From the NCBI RefSeq assembly GCF_009914755.1, contig NC_060926.1: DNA of 64,000 nucleotides; one strand, written 5' to 3'. The stretch comes from the human T2T-CHM13v2.0 reference genome, Homo sapiens. The translations under genes and the position numbers were made by a program. Below the pieces are notes generated by a model, which saw nothing but the letters and a program-made list of their open reading frames with translations, was not told the origin of the DNA and ran no database searches. Shown piece by piece: positions 54,833 to 64,000 of this stretch. Every line of letters starts with the position of its first letter. Position 1 is the first letter of the stretch.

Positions 54833-55424
54833 TGCCCAGGCTTGATTAGGTAAACAAAGCAGCTGGGAAACTCAAACTGGGTGGAGCCCACCACAGCTCA
54901 AGGAGGCCTGCCTGCCTCTGTAGGCTCCACCTCTGGGGGCAGGGCACAGACAAACAAAAAGACAGCAGTAACCTCTGCAGACTTAAATGTCCCTGTCTGA
55001 CAGCTTTGAAGAGAGTAGTGGTTCTCCCAGCACACAGCTGGAGATCTGAGAATGGGCAGACTGCCTCCTCAAGTGGGTCCCTGACCCCCGAACAGCCTAA
55101 CTGGGAGGCACCCCCTAGTAGGGGCAGACTGACACCTCACACGGCCGGGTACTCCTCTGAGACAAAACTTCCAGAGGAATATCAGGCAGCAGCATTTGCG
55201 GTTCACCAAGATCCACTGTTCTACAGCCACCACTGTTCTGCAGCCACCGCTGCTGATACCCAGGCAAACAGGGTCTGGAGTGGACCTCTAGCAAACTCCA
55301 ACAGACCTGCAGCTGAGGGTCCTGTCTGTTAGAAGGAAAACTAACAAACAGAAAGGACATCCACACCAAAAACCCTTCTGTACATCAGCATCATCAAAGA
55401 CCAAAAGTAGATAAAACCACAAAG

Positions 55425-56443
55425 ATGGGGAAAAAACAGAGCAGAAAAACTGGAAACTCTAAAAAGCAGAGTGCCTCTCCTCCTCCAAAGGAATGCAGCT
55501 CCTCACCAGCAGTGGAACAAAGCTGGAGGGAGAATGACTTTGATGAATTGAGAGAAGAAGGCTCCAGACGATCAAACTACTCCGAGCTACAGGAGGAAAT
55601 TCAAATCAATGGCAAAGAAGTTAAAAACTGTGAAAAAAAATTAGACGAATGGATAACTAGAATAATCAACGCAGAGAAGTCCTTAAAGGAGCTGATGGAG
55701 CTGAAAGCCAAGGCTCGAGAACTACGTGAAGAATGCAGAAGCCTCAGGAACTGATGAGATCAACTGGAAGAAAGGGTATCAGTGATGGAAGATGAAATGA
55801 ATGAAATGAATCGAGAAGGGAAGTTTAGAGAAAAAAGAATAAAAAGAAATGAACAAAGCCTCCAAGAAATATGGGACTATGTGAAAAGACCAAATCTACG
55901 TCTGATTGGTGTACCTGAAAGTGACGGGGAGAATGGAACCAAGTTGGAAAACACTCTGCAGGATATTATCCAGGAGAACTTCCCCAATCTAGCAAGGCAG
56001 GCCAACATTCAGATTCAGGAAATACAGAGAACGCCACAAAGATACTCCTCGAGAAGAGCAACTCCAAGACACACAATTATCAGATTCACCAAAGTTGAAA
56101 TTAAGGAAAAAATGCTAAGGGCAGCCAGAGAGAAAGGTTGGGTTACCCACAAAGGGAAGCCCATCAGACTAACAGCTGATCTCTCGGCAGAAACTCTACA
56201 AGCCAGAAGAGAGTGGGGGCCAATATTCAACATTCTTAAAGAAAAGAATTTTCAACCCAGAATTTCATATCCAGCCAAACTAAGCTTCATAAGTGAAGGA
56301 GAAATAAAATACTTTACAGACAAGCAAATGCTGAGAGATTTTTGTCACCACCAGGCCTACCCTAAAAGAGCTCCTGAAGGAAGCACTAAACATGGAAAGG
56401 AACAACTGGTACCAGCCACTGCAAAAACATGCCAAAATGTAAA
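55425..56443 (+). pseudogene. L1 ORF1p, disrupted
   Basis: MGKKQSRKTG... with tandem TGA TGA at 55752-55757 and a frameshift near 56340. Confidence 0.93.
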
Positions 56444-56490
56444 GACCATCAAGGCTAGGAAGAAACTGCATCAACTAACGAGCAAAATAA

Positions 56491-60332
<3,842 letters not shown>

Positions 60333-60978
60333 ACAATGAGAACACATGGACACAGGAAGGGGAACATCACACTTCAGGGACCGTTGTGGGATGGGGGAGG
60401 GGGGAGGGATAGCATTAGGAGATATACCTAATGCTAAATGACGAGTTAATGGGTGCAGCACACCAACATGGCACATGTATACATATGTAACAAACCTGCA
60501 CATTGTGCACATGTACCCTAAAACTTAAAGTATAATGATAATAAAATTTAAAAAAAAGAAAAAGAAAAATACAAAGCATCTGCACCACTGAGTCAAGATG
60601 GCCATATGTTTAAGACCTCAGCTCTAGGATTAGTTAGCAGTTTTCAAAAAAACAAAAACGAAAACAAACAAACAACAATGTTTCCCAAGGAAAAAGTAAG
60701 GGGTTTATGGTCAGATAAGTTTGGGAATCCTCTGTTTATTCCAATTCCTCCCCTTGCCATTCCTGATGATTCACAATGCACATTTAATTTAAATGTATAA
60801 CAACTCTCAGAAGTCCTGCAAAGAAAACAAGAAACCTAGTTTCCTATTTCTAAGATTTACATTACCAGGGGTGCCTTTTTCTATGTAATGTTTTCATATC
60901 TAGGGTTGCATGGAATATACTTTGAGAAACAATTCTCTGAGTACATGTATGTTAAGGTAAATAAAAATATGACTCTCA

Positions 60979-61265
60979 AGCTGGGCACTGTGGTGCATGC
61001 CTGTAATCCCAGCAATTTGGGAGGCTGAGGCGGGCAGATGCCTTGAGCTCAGAGTTCGAGGCCAGCCTGGCCAACATGGCAAAACCCCATTTCTACAAAA
61101 ACTACAAAAAATTACACTGTGTATGGTGGCATGTGCCTGTAGTCCCAGGTACTCATGAGGCTGAGCCTGGAAGGTCTAGAATGCAGTGAGCCTTGATCAC
61201 GCCACTACACTCCAGCCAGGGAGACAGGGTAAGGCCTTGTCTCAAAAAAAAAGAAAAAAAAAAAA
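60979..61265 (+). mobile_element. AluJ-type
   Basis: Dimer with poly(A). TSD gactctca. Confidence 0.88.
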
Positions 61266-61373
61266 GACTCTCAGTAAAATGGGATGAATAAGGTTAATAA
61301 CATGTTTTTGATATGCCCACTCACAGCATAATTGAGGAACAATTCATACAGATTATAAAGTTATGCTTTTTTT

Positions 61374-61412
61374 TTTTACTCCTGGGGAGTAAAATACTCC
61401 CCAGGAGTAAAA
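61374..61412. repeat. Perfect 18-bp inverted repeat with 3-nt spacer
   Basis: TTTTACTCCTGGGGAGTA-AAA-TACTCCCCAGGAGTAAAA. Confidence 0.97.
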
Positions 61413-63223
61413 TAAAATTCCTCTTGTTGGGGGAAGGGTAGGTTGTTAAAAGACAAATATTATGCGATCATTTCAAGGTAGTATGATCAGTAACATAACT
61501 GGATGAGTAACTTGAAATAAAGCTTATAAAAAGGCTCATTAGAAAAGTGGCTTTTAAACACAGTCTGAATTAAAAACATTTTTTTCTCTCAAATTCATCC
61601 AGATTAGTGCTTTAAATGGTATTAGTAATCCAATTTTTATTTTCAATTGCTGAGTTACAAATAATTGTATCTCCCTATTTTGAAATAATTTAGTCAAATA
61701 CACAAAAAGAATAATGTAAGTATTTTAAATGCCACTGGAGCCCTAGTCTTCCTCTCCAATCTCAGCATTTATGATAATCTACTCAAAAAAACCTGTGTAC
61801 TTAAATATAGTAAGTACCTTGTTCATGCCATTATGATTTGCATGTATGTAAGGTTTACTCCTTTTTTTCCTCAACACATTAGATTTCCCATGTTGCTAGT
61901 GAATTGAGGCTTAGCAATTTGCAGAGCATTTTCTGCAATTTTTACACGTTTCTCAGAAACACTTGGTAACTATCCCCAGTGCTTGCTGTGAAATGAGCCC
62001 AGAAGGTGATGCTAGGACTTTGCACCAGGTACTAATGTGGGAAGTCCACAGAGGCTGCCTGCTCAGTGCTTTCATGTATCTCGTCTTTGGTAGTAATGTA
62101 AGGCGCACACCATTTTGTCCAATTTACTGCTATTTGGCATGTTTATCTTTGGTCACAAGAAAAGCATTGGTGAGGGGTTTTATGAGCACATATCATGACC
62201 CTCCATATAGGGTAATCCAATTGTGCATAGTTAGAACTCTAAATTTTCAGACAATGTAAGTAGTCTTCAAAACAATATAAAGTTCATTAACTCAATCCAT
62301 GCTGGAAATGGATTAATTTCCGTATTCTAATTCCATCTATTCAAGAGACACATCCTGGAGGGTCATACATTATTGGCTTAATTATTTCACTTCACCTGAG
62401 CTACATCTTGGCCACATCTCTAATGTGTGCAGAGTAGCAATTCTACCCTGAGCTGCATGATAATGCAGCGAGTTCAGGATGATACCAAATTAAATTCTCC
62501 CAGGTTGTCTCTGTTGGAAGAGTCAGTCATCATCTTTGTTTTAAAGTCCACAAATTATTGTTTAAAAGGTATTGCCAGTTAAAAAACAAGCTATTTAAAT
62601 ATTTGAGGTGAAACTTTGCCACTAGACTCTGATTCTAAGTAATTAAATTTAAAATGACAGATGAAAGCAAGAGAAGTTTGCTTAGCCGTTAAAGAGAATA
62701 GGTCTTTCTTGTATTTTGGGGGTGAGGCAACAGGGAATTGAGGATGGTCATTGTAATGCCCATGTTTGGAAGGTTGGGAATAAAAGTATATGGAGGAGAG
62801 GAAAAATGGCCACTAACCAGAAACCACCCAGTATCTTGGAGCCACCATCTGGAACACTGTTTTACAGTTGGCTTTATCTTATCTTGAAATAAAGCAATTG
62901 GATGATAAAGGGTGAATTCAGGTTTGGGGGTTAACATTTAGCCATTTCTTCAATTTTTCTCCATTTCTAGTTTGAAAAATATAGCATTCTGGAATTCTCT
63001 ACAGTTGAATTTGTTAAGCAGAGGTGAACTTGGCAACAGAGCTGAAGTCAAATAGAATAGCTATGACTTTGAAATGCTAGTGTCCTGAGACATCAAGTTT
63101 CTAGTCTTATAGGATGCATTTACTCTTAAAAAATGAATGTGAGTGAGCTAATGCCCTGGTACAAATAAGGTCAAGCTACTAAATAGCCCTCGATTCACAG
63201 AGGGTCAAGAACTACGCCTCTCA

Positions 63224-63394
<171 letters not shown>

Positions 63395-64000
63395 TCATGC
63401 TGGTGGAAAATAGATTTGCAGCTTGAATATTGCTTTACTGCTGTTGTTGCAATTTGTGCTATAGGAGTATGTCATAGATGTCATTATCTTTTGTTACTTT
63501 CAAAAGGATAGTAGGGTAATGTCCAAGTGAACACTGAATTATTCTGAGTTCCACTCAGTAATCAATGTTCCCTGGGCCAGTCTTGATAATAGCTACTATT
63601 TTCATTTACCTGTAATGATTGCTCCTGATTGGTTAAGTAAACAAACAAATAATCAAAGAAAATAAATTGATTTAGCTGTTTTCATTTACTTTTTCCTACA
63701 GAGAGCGTATGTTCCTAAAATATGATTAGAGACTGGGAGAAGTTTTGAATTTCTTGACAGAAATGGTCTATACCTTAACCAGAATTCCAAGAATGATTAG
63801 TGGACTTTGTATATGTCTTATATGATTATTTTCACAATTCACTTTTCTGTAACTCTTTTGAATAAGTCTAAGTCTTAATGAAGGTGTGGATTAGAGCCTG
63901 GATCTCAAAAGCTGTGGATTAGAGCATGGATCCTCATTAATACAGGCTTTTAAATAAAAGATCACTATTTATAGAAAAGTACATTTCCAAGAACATCGTC

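Overview
Human (or very close great-ape) genomic DNA, recognisable as the PLA2R1-ITGB6 interval (chr2q24.2 in human). Both genes are on the minus strand. The left end holds the CpG-island promoter and coding exon 1 of PLA2R1 (M-type phospholipase A2 receptor). The right part holds the last four coding exons (12-15 by the usual numbering) and the ~2 kb 3' UTR of ITGB6 (integrin beta-6). The ~37 kb between them is mostly transposon-derived. It contains two LTR-internal-LTR endogenous retroviruses, both also on the minus strand: a MER4A1-type element with a tRNA-Arg PBS and a GGAC target-site duplication, and a tRNA-Pro-primed HUERS-P3/LTR25-like element with decayed gag-pro-pol. Many Alu, L1, MaLR, MIR/L2 and DNA-transposon fragments are also present. 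A full-length, retrotransposition-dead L1PA (probably L1PA4) sits antisense in ITGB6 intron 12. I find no evidence of a new multi-gene system, and nearly all short ORFs in the track are repeat-derived noise. The best leads are three. (1) The intronic L1 has an open ORF0 whose phase-1 donor would join in frame to ITGB6 exons 13-15. (2) An otherwise old ERV LTR carries a near-perfect 3x128-bp U3 triplication with a new hairpin. (3) Several perfect palindromes look like template-switch products. Repeat family names come from recalled consensus sequences, not from a database search, and repeat boundaries without TSDs are approximate.
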